Shown piece after piece: positions 10,224 to 17,877 of a DNA stretch of 64,000 bases (position 1 is the stretch's first letter; each line of letters begins with the position of its first letter). Location: assembly GCA_963803805.1 (NCBI GenBank), contig CAWDOD010000010.1:256001-320000 (forward strand), written 5' to 3'. Origin of the DNA: an uncultured cyanobacterium (lineage in GTDB: Bacteria; Cyanobacteriota; Cyanobacteriia; Cyanobacteriales; CAWCAG01). A program made the translations under genes and the position numbers. Below the pieces are notes generated by a model. That model made no database searches. It was given only the letters and a program-made list of their open reading frames with translations, and was not told where the DNA came from.

Positions 10224-10391
10224 TTAAGAGTTCCTGAGAAGATTCTTGAAAAGATTATCTTTAACCATCATCTGACGTAGAACTTCTAACAAATATTCTT
10301 GGGCTTGCTCCTGGGTTAAACCTTTGACTTGATCTCGGAAAACTTGCAGTTTGAATTGCTGCTCCAAAGTTAATTTTCCTGATGTTTCCAT
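10224..10391 (-). CDS. nblA: Phycobilisome degradation protein NblA (55 aa)
   Basis: Below ORF-track cut-off; METSGKLTLEQQFKLQVFRDQVKGLTQEQAQEYLLEVLRQMMVKDNLFKNLLRNS carries the NblA LTLEQQF and QMMVKDN motifs; AAGGAG RBS. Confidence 0.93.
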   Translation of the reverse strand: METSGKLTLEQQFKLQVFRDQVKGLTQEQAQEYLLEVLRQMMVKDNLFKNLLRNS

Positions 10392-10649
10392 AAGTTCACT
10401 CCTTAATCGGTGACTGAGCTTTAGCGATATTTAGGGCTAATTACCCCTTTAAGCATTGGTTCTTTGAGATTGAATATTATGTTTCTGTGCTTTTCAAAAG
10501 CTTAACACTACAACTATAAAATGTCTACCATGTCAAGCAATAACTAATTTTAGTAATAAATATTTACAAAAAGTTTAAGGTAAATAGCTTATCTCTGTCA
10601 AAATGAAAACAAAATAAGAAAATCATCTAAGATAATTTGGAGAGTCGCC

Positions 10650-11240
10650 ATGGATGCTAAAGAATTTTTTCAGCATAGTGCTGGTCAATGGAAATCTCAA
10701 CGCACTACCCATCATTTACCCTTTAGACGTGCGGAGACAGGAGGATCAGATATTTATGTGGAGTATTTAGACAAAGCTCATCCTAAAGTTGTGGAAATTT
10801 GTGAGATCCATGACACAGATCCTAACTTAACAGTAGGGGGAGCCTTTGTTAGTTGGAATGGTTCTATGGCTTGGGATAAAGAAGATGAAAATCACGAAGG
10901 AACCACTGTGTTTGCCCTTGTACCTGAAGCAGAAGATCCTCGTAAAGGAAAACTACTACGAGAAAGAGGTTACGCCGAAATTGTTCCTGTGGCAGGACAT
11001 TATGAGATGGACGATGAAGAGGGATTAGTTCTAGTAACGGAATATGAAACCATGAGCATTATTGAGCGTTTTTGGTTTGCTAGTCCTGATATTCGGATGC
11101 GAACTAGTACGGTAAAAAGATTTGGTGGTTTCAATACTGCTACTTTCTGTATAGAAGTTCGGGCAAAACCTGAAGAAAATGAATCACCTCAAAGCAATAA
11201 CCTTACCGAAGAGCCAATCTATAGTTTAAGCGGCTGGTAG
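10650..11240 (+). CDS. cpcS: Phycobiliprotein lyase CpcS/CpeS family
   Basis: EFFQHSAGQWKSQRTTHHL, LLRERGYAE, ERFWFASPDIRMR. Confidence 0.92.
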   Translation: MDAKEFFQHSAGQWKSQRTTHHLPFRRAETGGSDIYVEYLDKAHPKVVEICEIHDTDPNLTVGGAFVSWNGSMAWDKEDENHEGTTVFALVPEAEDPRKGKLLRERGYAEIVPVAGHYEMDDEEGLVLVTEYETMSIIERFWFASPDIRMRTSTVKRFGGFNTATFCIEVRAKPEENESPQSNNLTEEPIYSLSGW

Positions 11241-11411
11241 GAACAACGATGCTGTACCTGTTATCGGAAGATTTGAGTAAAGATAAGTAACGATAGGTAA
11301 AGTTAATTCAAGAATCAAGATTGTCATTCCCCAGTAAATCCGTAGAGAGTCCCTTCCTAGCTTATGATTGGGATTAAACTTTGCAAACTTTTATAAGATT
11401 TTGGAGGTTCA

Positions 11412-12167
11412 TTGGTGGCTATTCCACTTTTAGAATACGCGCCCAAAAGTCAAAATCAGCGTGTAGCTGGATATCTTGTGCCAGGTGACGAACAGCCGAA
11501 GATTTATTCTACAGAAGATATACTTTCTTCTGTGGCGATGGATGAGCTAATTGAAGCAGCCTATCGTCAGATATTCTTCCATGCTTTCAAATCAGATCGT
11601 GAGTCTGTTCTAGAGTCACAACTTCGTAATGGTCAGATTACAGTACGGGATTTCATTCGCGGACTGTTGCTTTCTGAAACCTACAGAAATAGCTTCTATG
11701 AGAAAAACAGCAACTATCGCTTTGTAGAACACTGCATCCAAAAAGTTTTGGGGCGTGAACCCTACAATGAGCGGGAGAAAATTGCTTGGTCTATTGTAGT
11801 TGCTACTAAAGGAATCAAGGGATTGGTTGATCAGCTTCTAGATAGCGATGAGTATTTAGAAAACTTTGGTTATGATACTGTTCCTTTCCAACGCCGTCGG
11901 ATACTTCCTGGGCGAGAAGAGGGGGAACGACCTTTTAATATCAAATCTCCTCGCTACGATGCTTATCATCGCGCCCAGTTGAATTTCCCCCAAATCATCT
12001 GGCAAAACCAAGTGCGTAGCTTCACTCCCCAAGATAAGAAGGCTGTGGCTGGTTCTCCTACTCAATTTTTGGATATGGCACGCAATATCAACCCCAAGGG
12101 TGGTAATATACCCAGGGTTTCTGCGATGAATATCAGCCTTGATAAAGTACCTTATCGTGGTTCTTAA
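11412..12167 (+). CDS. cpcG: Phycobilisome rod-core linker CpcG (CpcG1 type)
   Basis: [44 protein letters not shown]; hydrophilic C-terminus, so not CpcL; the true start may be GTG at 11415. Confidence 0.95.
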   Translation: MVAIPLLEYAPKSQNQRVAGYLVPGDEQPKIYSTEDILSSVAMDELIEAAYRQIFFHAFKSDRESVLESQLRNGQITVRDFIRGLLLSETYRNSFYEKNSNYRFVEHCIQKVLGREPYNEREKIAWSIVVATKGIKGLVDQLLDSDEYLENFGYDTVPFQRRRILPGREEGERPFNIKSPRYDAYHRAQLNFPQIIWQNQVRSFTPQDKKAVAGSPTQFLDMARNINPKGGNIPRVSAMNISLDKVPYRGS

Positions 12168-12215
12168 AAATTGAATTGAGCAATCTCTATTAATCCTTTC
12201 TGGATTGAAACAAGC

Positions 12216-12303
12216 GAGGTAGTTGGCAATTGGTAGGATAGTTTGTGGCTAGTTTAAACACTAGTTAAACAAATTATCTTGTGGATTACCGGCTACCTCT
12301 TTT
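12216..12303 (+). terminator. Long imperfect hairpin after cpcG (terminator or mRNA-stability element)
   Basis: GAGGTAGTTGGCAAT pairs with ATTACCGGCTACCTC, inner AGGATAGTTTG / CAAATTATCTT, followed by T run. Confidence 0.55.
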
Positions 12304-12351
12304 GGTAAGCTGAAAACTCTACAAAGTTAAGCTCAAATATTTATTTTAATT

Positions 12352-13179
12352 ATGACTAATGAATCTCCTATTCCTGTAGTTATTAACGGTGCAGCAGGTA
12401 AAATGGGACGCGAAGTAGTTCGGGCTGTTTCCCAAGCAGAAGATATGATTTTGTTGGGGGCAGTGGATAGAAACCCCAATGTTCAAGGGCAAGATGTGGG
12501 GGAAGTGGCTGGGTGTGGAGAGTTGGAAGTACCTATTGTTAATGATTTACAAAGTATTCTGGTTTTAGCCACCCAAGAGAAAGTTCAAGGGGTGATGGTA
12601 GATTTTACTCATCCTGATGGTGTTTATGAGAATGTTAGATCTGCGATCGCCTATGGAGTTCGTCCAGTGGTGGGGACAACGGGATTGAGTGAGAAGCAAA
12701 TTCAAGAGTTAGGAGAGTTTGCTGAAAAAGCAAGTACGGGGGCATTAATTGTACCTAATTTTTCTATTGGTATGGTGTTGTTACAACAAGCAGCCATCCA
12801 AGCTTCTCAACATTTTGATCATGTGGAAATTATTGAGTTACACCACAACCAAAAAGCAGATGCCCCCAGTGGTACAGCGATTAAGACAGCGCAAATGTTA
12901 TCTGGTTTAGGTAAAACTTATAATCCGGCGGAAGTGGCAGAAAGTGAGAAGTTACCAGGGGCGAGGGGTAGCATTGCTGATGATAATATCCGCATTCATA
13001 GCGTCCGCTTACCCGGTTTAATTGCCCACCAAGAGGTGATTTTTGGTGCGCCAGGGCAAATTTATACCCTACGTCACGATACTTCCAATCGTTCCTGTTA
13101 TATGCCTGGTGTTCTTTTATCAATTCGCAAGGTTACTCAACTTAAGTCTTTGGTTTATGGTTTGGAGAAAATACTTTAA
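12352..13179 (+). CDS. dapB: 4-hydroxy-tetrahydrodipicolinate reductase
   Basis: [34 protein letters not shown]. Confidence 0.97.
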   Translation: MTNESPIPVVINGAAGKMGREVVRAVSQAEDMILLGAVDRNPNVQGQDVGEVAGCGELEVPIVNDLQSILVLATQEKVQGVMVDFTHPDGVYENVRSAIAYGVRPVVGTTGLSEKQIQELGEFAEKASTGALIVPNFSIGMVLLQQAAIQASQHFDHVEIIELHHNQKADAPSGTAIKTAQMLSGLGKTYNPAEVAESEKLPGARGSIADDNIRIHSVRLPGLIAHQEVIFGAPGQIYTLRHDTSNRSCYMPGVLLSIRKVTQLKSLVYGLEKIL

Positions 13180-13211
13180 CTTGCTAGTTGCTAGTCGCTA
13201 ATGGCTAATGG

Positions 13212-13511
13212 TTAGAAGTAGAAGCTTCTGTGGATACTGGGGTTTAGTTTGGCTTTGACTTGCTGGTTTTTGCGGAGGTTTTCTTCGACAATTAGGGGAA
13301 CATCTTCTGGTTTGACTCGACAATACCAAGTTTCTTCTGGGAGGATTCTTACCGTCGGGCTAACGCTACATTGTCCCTGACAACCAGAAGCAATTATCTC
13401 AACTCCTTCTGGTAAGTCAGCAGCTTGAAAGGCAGCTAAAACTTCTGCTGAACCCTTTTCAACACAAGAACAGTGTTGGCAAACCATTACTGTTTTCTTA
13501 TTTTGAGTCAT
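13212..13511 (-). CDS. Thioredoxin-like [2Fe-2S] ferredoxin
   Basis: VCQHCSC...SGCQGQC..SPTV; start taken at MTQNKK (13511). Confidence 0.85.
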   Translation of the reverse strand: MTQNKKTVMVCQHCSCVEKGSAEVLAAFQAADLPEGVEIIASGCQGQCSVSPTVRILPEETWYCRVKPEDVPLIVEENLRKNQQVKAKLNPSIHRSFYF

Positions 13512-13621
13512 ATAAAATCTGCTTGAATAGCTACGGTGATCAAAAAGCCTATATAACATTCAGCCAAAAAATGTTTTAAACCCTTCTGCCTGCTCCCTAC
13601 TCCCTACCCTAGCAGTACAAT

Positions 13622-14077
13622 CTAAATACCTGACAGCTTAACTGAAGTAACCCAAGTAGAAGCACCATCCTGCCAATACTCTTTTTTCCAAATTGGCGCA
13701 TTATACTTCAATGTATCAATAGCATAGCTGCAAGCAGCAAAGGCTGCTGCTCTGTGGGGAGAGCCAATGGCGATTAAGACACTAATTTCCCCAATTTTTA
13801 GTTTGCCGATGCGATGGTGAATGACTACTTTTTTTACTTCTGGCCATTTTTGGCGAATTTGGTTAGCAATTTGCTCAAATACTTGTAGTGCCATCGGTTC
13901 GTAGGCTTGATAGTCAAGGTAAGCAACGGTGCGATCGCCTGTTTTGTTGCGTACCATACCACTCATAAGCACAACCGCCCCGTTTCCTGGCTCATCTGCT
14001 AGTTGATAAACTTGCTCAAGGGATAAAGGTTGAGGGGTGATGACCAAGTTATCAGAAGATGATGCTTCTAAATTCAT
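13622..14077 (-). CDS. moaE: Molybdopterin synthase catalytic subunit
   Basis: GAVVLMSGMVR, YQAYEPMA, HRIGKL, SPHRAAAF, APIWKKE. Confidence 0.95.
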   Translation of the reverse strand: MNLEASSSDNLVITPQPLSLEQVYQLADEPGNGAVVLMSGMVRNKTGDRTVAYLDYQAYEPMALQVFEQIANQIRQKWPEVKKVVIHHRIGKLKIGEISVLIAIGSPHRAAAFAACSYAIDTLKYNAPIWKKEYWQDGASTWVTSVKLSGI

Positions 14078-14423
14078 AGAAAGTATTTGCTAAGTAAGGA
14101 TTTTAAGATTTTGATATCATTTCTGCCATATATCATAAACAGCTTTTTTCGTCAAAAAAACTTTTTCAACCACCCTGAAAATTTGTTAAACCTAAAACTT
14201 CTATTAACTAAATTCTGCCGCCAAATACTAACTAAATTAACGGTTTATCAAGGTTATAGGGATTGAGTTTGAATTTTAGATATAAAAAGAGCAGTATGAT
14301 TTTCTTGATTTTACCATCAAACGACGCAAATACGTCTTTTTCAGAACAATTTCCCCCTTGACATTTATGAAGATGAAGTTGTGTAAATTCAGGATGTTTA
14401 ATAACAACATCCATCAAGCAAAA

Positions 14424-14456
14424 TTATTACTTATTACTTATTACTTATTACTTATC
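14424..14456. repeat. Heptamer tandem repeat (TTATTAC)n, STRR-type
   Basis: About 4.5 copies read directly. Confidence 0.8.
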
Positions 14457-14534
14457 AGACGCTGCTCCCTATCTTTTTCGGATAAATCAGGTTAAATTAA
14501 CTTGTAGCTATGTAAGTAAGGCGAAGCTCATCTT

Positions 14535-15788
14535 ATGGATGCAAATAATTTTGCTGAACTGAAGTTTTTGTTAGAGTTGGCTTCTTATTCTAACCAAGAA
14601 GCATCTCTTAGTTCTTTTTTAACAAAATCCAAGAGCAAACGAAACAAACTTGACAGTAAACAAAGGGACGAAATTTGTCAGAAGTTAAGGGAAAGGGGGA
14701 TAGTCGATTTTAGCCGTGAGATTGATACTGTTGAAATTGCCCCTCCAGGAAATGCTTTACTAAATTTAGAAGCAAAGGAATTACCAATTTCAGTTGAGGA
14801 GTTTGAAGTATTAGAAAAGATTGCTAAAAAGGGTAAGGCTAAGTTAAGCGACCTGACAACTAAAAAGTTTAAGGCGGCGGCGAGAGATAAAATTCTCCAA
14901 GTTCTTTTGGAGAAAAATTTAGTTTCGGCAGAGATGGAATTAAATATTATCACTGTAGAAATTGCTCCTCCCGGAACTGCTTTATTGGAGTTGGAAACTG
15001 AGGAATTGCCACTTTCAGAAAAGGAATTTAAAGTATTAGAGCAAGTTGCTAAAAAAGGTAATACGAAGCCAAGCAAGATTACTTTTAAGATTGACAAAAA
15101 AAGTCTCGCAGCAGCAGAAAGAGATGAGATTTTGCAAGACTTTTTGGATAAAGGTTTAGTTACCGCGGAGATAGAAAAAAATATCGCCACTGTAGAAGTT
15201 GCTCCTCCGGGAAGTGATTTACTAAACTCTCAAGGGAATAAACCACCAATTTCAGAAAAAGAGTTTAAAGTATTAGAAAAAATTGCTAAAACAGGCAAAA
15301 TAAAGCCTAGTGAAATTAAAAGTCCTAAAGCCGCAGCAAGAGATAAAATTCTGCAAGATTTCTTGGATAAGGGTTTAGTTACGGCGGAAATGAAAGTTAA
15401 GCGCCAAGGGGCAAAAGTTTGGTTAACTGACCAAGGAAAAGATTGTTTAGAGAAAGTTAATCAACATTTCTTCTCTTTGCAAGAAGTTGCAGAAAAGAGA
15501 GTAGAAGTTGAAGAGAGTAAACCTACAGATGAAGAGATTTTCCAAGCGATTAAAGATTTAGATCATAAAATGAGTTTGGATAATTATTTACCAATTTTTT
15601 ACCTGCGAGACAAGTTTCAACCGCCCCTTTCTAGGGAAGAGTTAGATCAAGCACTTTATCGCCTATCAAAAGATGACCGGATTGAGTTGGGTGCGTTGCA
15701 GGAAACGAGAGTTTATAACTCTACAGAACTGAGTGCTGGTATTCCTCAAGATATTGGTGGACCTCTGTTTTTTATCTCTGTTAGCTAA
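14535..15788 (+). CDS. rcaD: RcaD-like putative DNA-binding protein with three tandem ~75-79 aa repeats
   Basis: ELKFLL N-terminus and C-terminal NYLPIFYLR...PPLSREELDQALYRL...GIPQDIGGPLFFI recalled from cyanobacterial RcaD-family proteins; repeats start at 14727, 14952 and 15189. Confidence 0.65.
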   Translation: MDANNFAELKFLLELASYSNQEASLSSFLTKSKSKRNKLDSKQRDEICQKLRERGIVDFSREIDTVEIAPPGNALLNLEAKELPISVEEFEVLEKIAKKGKAKLSDLTTKKFKAAARDKILQVLLEKNLVSAEMELNIITVEIAPPGTALLELETEELPLSEKEFKVLEQVAKKGNTKPSKITFKIDKKSLAAAERDEILQDFLDKGLVTAEIEKNIATVEVAPPGSDLLNSQGNKPPISEKEFKVLEKIAKTGKIKPSEIKSPKAAARDKILQDFLDKGLVTAEMKVKRQGAKVWLTDQGKDCLEKVNQHFFSLQEVAEKRVEVEESKPTDEEIFQAIKDLDHKMSLDNYLPIFYLRDKFQPPLSREELDQALYRLSKDDRIELGALQETRVYNSTELSAGIPQDIGGPLFFISVS

Positions 15789-15817
15789 TTTTGCAGTAAA
15801 CCAAATTTTTTCTTCCT

Positions 15818-17869
15818 ATGACTCCTATAGATCAGCTTATTGCCCAGGAAGCTAATCCTTTTGATACCATAACTTTAACGCCCGGTAATTTTTGGAAAGA
15901 AGAACAGAAGCAAGAGTTAGTTGTTGATTCTATTCATCAAGAATTAGTTGTTGAAATAGAAAAATATCTTGATCTTGTAGCTAAGGATGGTCGTAGTCGT
16001 AGTTTACTTTTAATTGGAGATTCTGGTACAGGTAAAAGCTATTTATTAGGGCGAGTTAAGAAGTTATTTAACACTAAAGCTTTCTTTGCTTATATTGGCC
16101 CTTGGCCCGATGGTAATTATATTTGGCGACATACATTACGCTATTTAGTTGATAGTTTGATGTATGTGCCAGAAAACCAAGAGCAATCACAACTTTTACT
16201 TTGGCTCAATGGTTTGCTGCAAGGAAAAGAACAAAGTGTTGTTACTAAGTTGCTTGGGGAACGTAAACTTTTCGTCAACAACCTTAGAGCAGCTTATCCT
16301 ACTGGTATTTACAAGGCCAAAGAGTTTTTTACTGTTCTTTATAATCTTACTCAACCTGAACTATATACCCTTTGTTGTGACTGGTTAAAAGGAGATGATT
16401 TAGATGAAGAAGATAGAAAAAGAATTGGAGTTAAACGTAGTATTGATAATGAAGAAGCGGCACAAAATATTGTTGATAATTTTGGTGGAATTGCTAAGGA
16501 TACACAACCGATTGTCCTTTGCTTTGATAATTTAGATAATATCCCCCTCGCTAATAACGGTTTATTGGATTTACAACCTTTATTCAGAGTTAATTCAACT
16601 ATTCACAACCAGTATCTCAAGAACTTTCTGATCATTATTAGTTTTGTTAAAAGTACTTGGCAACTAAATAGTACATCTGTCCAATCAGCAGATAGAGTTA
16701 GAATTGCAGCTAAGTTAGCTCTCAAACCAATTAATTTAGACCAAGCAGAAGACCTTTGGCGAAACCGACTTTATCCTCTTCATCAAAAAGTCAGGTCTAA
16801 ACCTCAATCGCCTATTTTTCCTTTGAGCAAACAAGCTTTAGAACAAAAACATCCTGACAGTAAAACTAAGCCTCGTTCGGCGCTGAAGTTAGGAAAAGAA
16901 TTATATCAGGAGTATAAAAATCAACTCAAGGATAATCTGATTGTTGAGGCTAATCAAGTTACTAGTGAAAAACAACTTGGTGAGGAAAATAAAGTTAGTG
17001 AAGGCAATCAAGTTGGTAAGGATAATAACTCTAGTAATGAAAAAGAGCAATACTTAGGGGCATTTAAGCTTATTTGGCAAAAAGAGTTCAATAAAATCAA
17101 AAAACAAGTAACAAAAGTATCGCAATTCTCATCGCCAGAATTGATTAAAATGTTACAGGAAGCTTTAACTGCTTCGCGGGTTACTAATATTGAAACCAAG
17201 CTTTTAGCGGGGAAGTATAGTAGTTATTCTTTTAAATTTGCCAAAGAGAATGGTACAGAAATAGGAGTAGTTTGGAGTGAAGATGCTAACTTATCAAGCT
17301 TTTCCTTTTTAATGAAGGCTTGTAAGAAAGCTCTCAAAGATAAGCGATGCCAAAATCTCTTTTTAATTCGCGACAATAAATTGGGAAACCCTCAAAATCG
17401 AGGATACAAAGACTACAAACAGATTTTTATTGACTCCCCTCACCAACATCATAAACCTAATCAAGAGTCTGTTTGCTATCTGGCAACTTATCATAGTTTA
17501 GTTAACTCTGCTCGTTCAGGAGAATTAGTTGTGGGGGACGAAACTCCTGACTTAATAGAGTTAGAGAATTTAATTTCCCAAACCAAAGTTCTAGATAATT
17601 GTGATTTGTTGCAGAGACTTTTAGAAAAGGTTGTAGTGACAACACCGCCATCTGACAGAATCAAAGAGATTTTCTTGAACTTAATGATGAGCCAACAACT
17701 TATGGGTAAACCCACTTTGCTTGAAAATGCTAATGTTCAGTTTGCCGAAGCCAGTCCTGAGCAATTAGAAATAGCTATTAAAGAACTTTGTCAAGAACAG
17801 AAACTTAAAATTCTTGACCCCAATGCCAAGCCGGAAGCACAACTAATTTGTTGGGTTCCTCAAAAATAA
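15818..17869 (+). CDS. P-loop/AAA+ ATPase (RcaG-like) with C-terminal extension
   Basis: NPFD N-terminus, Walker A GDSGTGKS, Walker B LCFDNLD, ADRVRI; 29 bp downstream of the rcaD-like gene. Confidence 0.8.
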   Translation: MTPIDQLIAQEANPFDTITLTPGNFWKEEQKQELVVDSIHQELVVEIEKYLDLVAKDGRSRSLLLIGDSGTGKSYLLGRVKKLFNTKAFFAYIGPWPDGNYIWRHTLRYLVDSLMYVPENQEQSQLLLWLNGLLQGKEQSVVTKLLGERKLFVNNLRAAYPTGIYKAKEFFTVLYNLTQPELYTLCCDWLKGDDLDEEDRKRIGVKRSIDNEEAAQNIVDNFGGIAKDTQPIVLCFDNLDNIPLANNGLLDLQPLFRVNSTIHNQYLKNFLIIISFVKSTWQLNSTSVQSADRVRIAAKLALKPINLDQAEDLWRNRLYPLHQKVRSKPQSPIFPLSKQALEQKHPDSKTKPRSALKLGKELYQEYKNQLKDNLIVEANQVTSEKQLGEENKVSEGNQVGKDNNSSNEKEQYLGAFKLIWQKEFNKIKKQVTKVSQFSSPELIKMLQEALTASRVTNIETKLLAGKYSSYSFKFAKENGTEIGVVWSEDANLSSFSFLMKACKKALKDKRCQNLFLIRDNKLGNPQNRGYKDYKQIFIDSPHQHHKPNQESVCYLATYHSLVNSARSGELVVGDETPDLIELENLISQTKVLDNCDLLQRLLEKVVVTTPPSDRIKEIFLNLMMSQQLMGKPTLLENANVQFAEASPEQLEIAIKELCQEQKLKILDPNAKPEAQLICWVPQK

Positions 17870-17877
17870 ATAAAACA

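Noticed and set aside
10553-10567. NtcA site upstream of nblA (GTA...TAC)
   Set aside because: Spacer is 9 nt rather than the canonical 8
11340-11411. CcaR G-box and CpcL-type chromatic acclimation at cpcG
   Set aside because: No convincing G-box direct repeat, and the linker lacks the hydrophobic CpcL tail
14678-15190. 170-aa antisense ORF with internal repeats
   Set aside because: Mirror of the repeats in the RcaD-like gene; no independent motif
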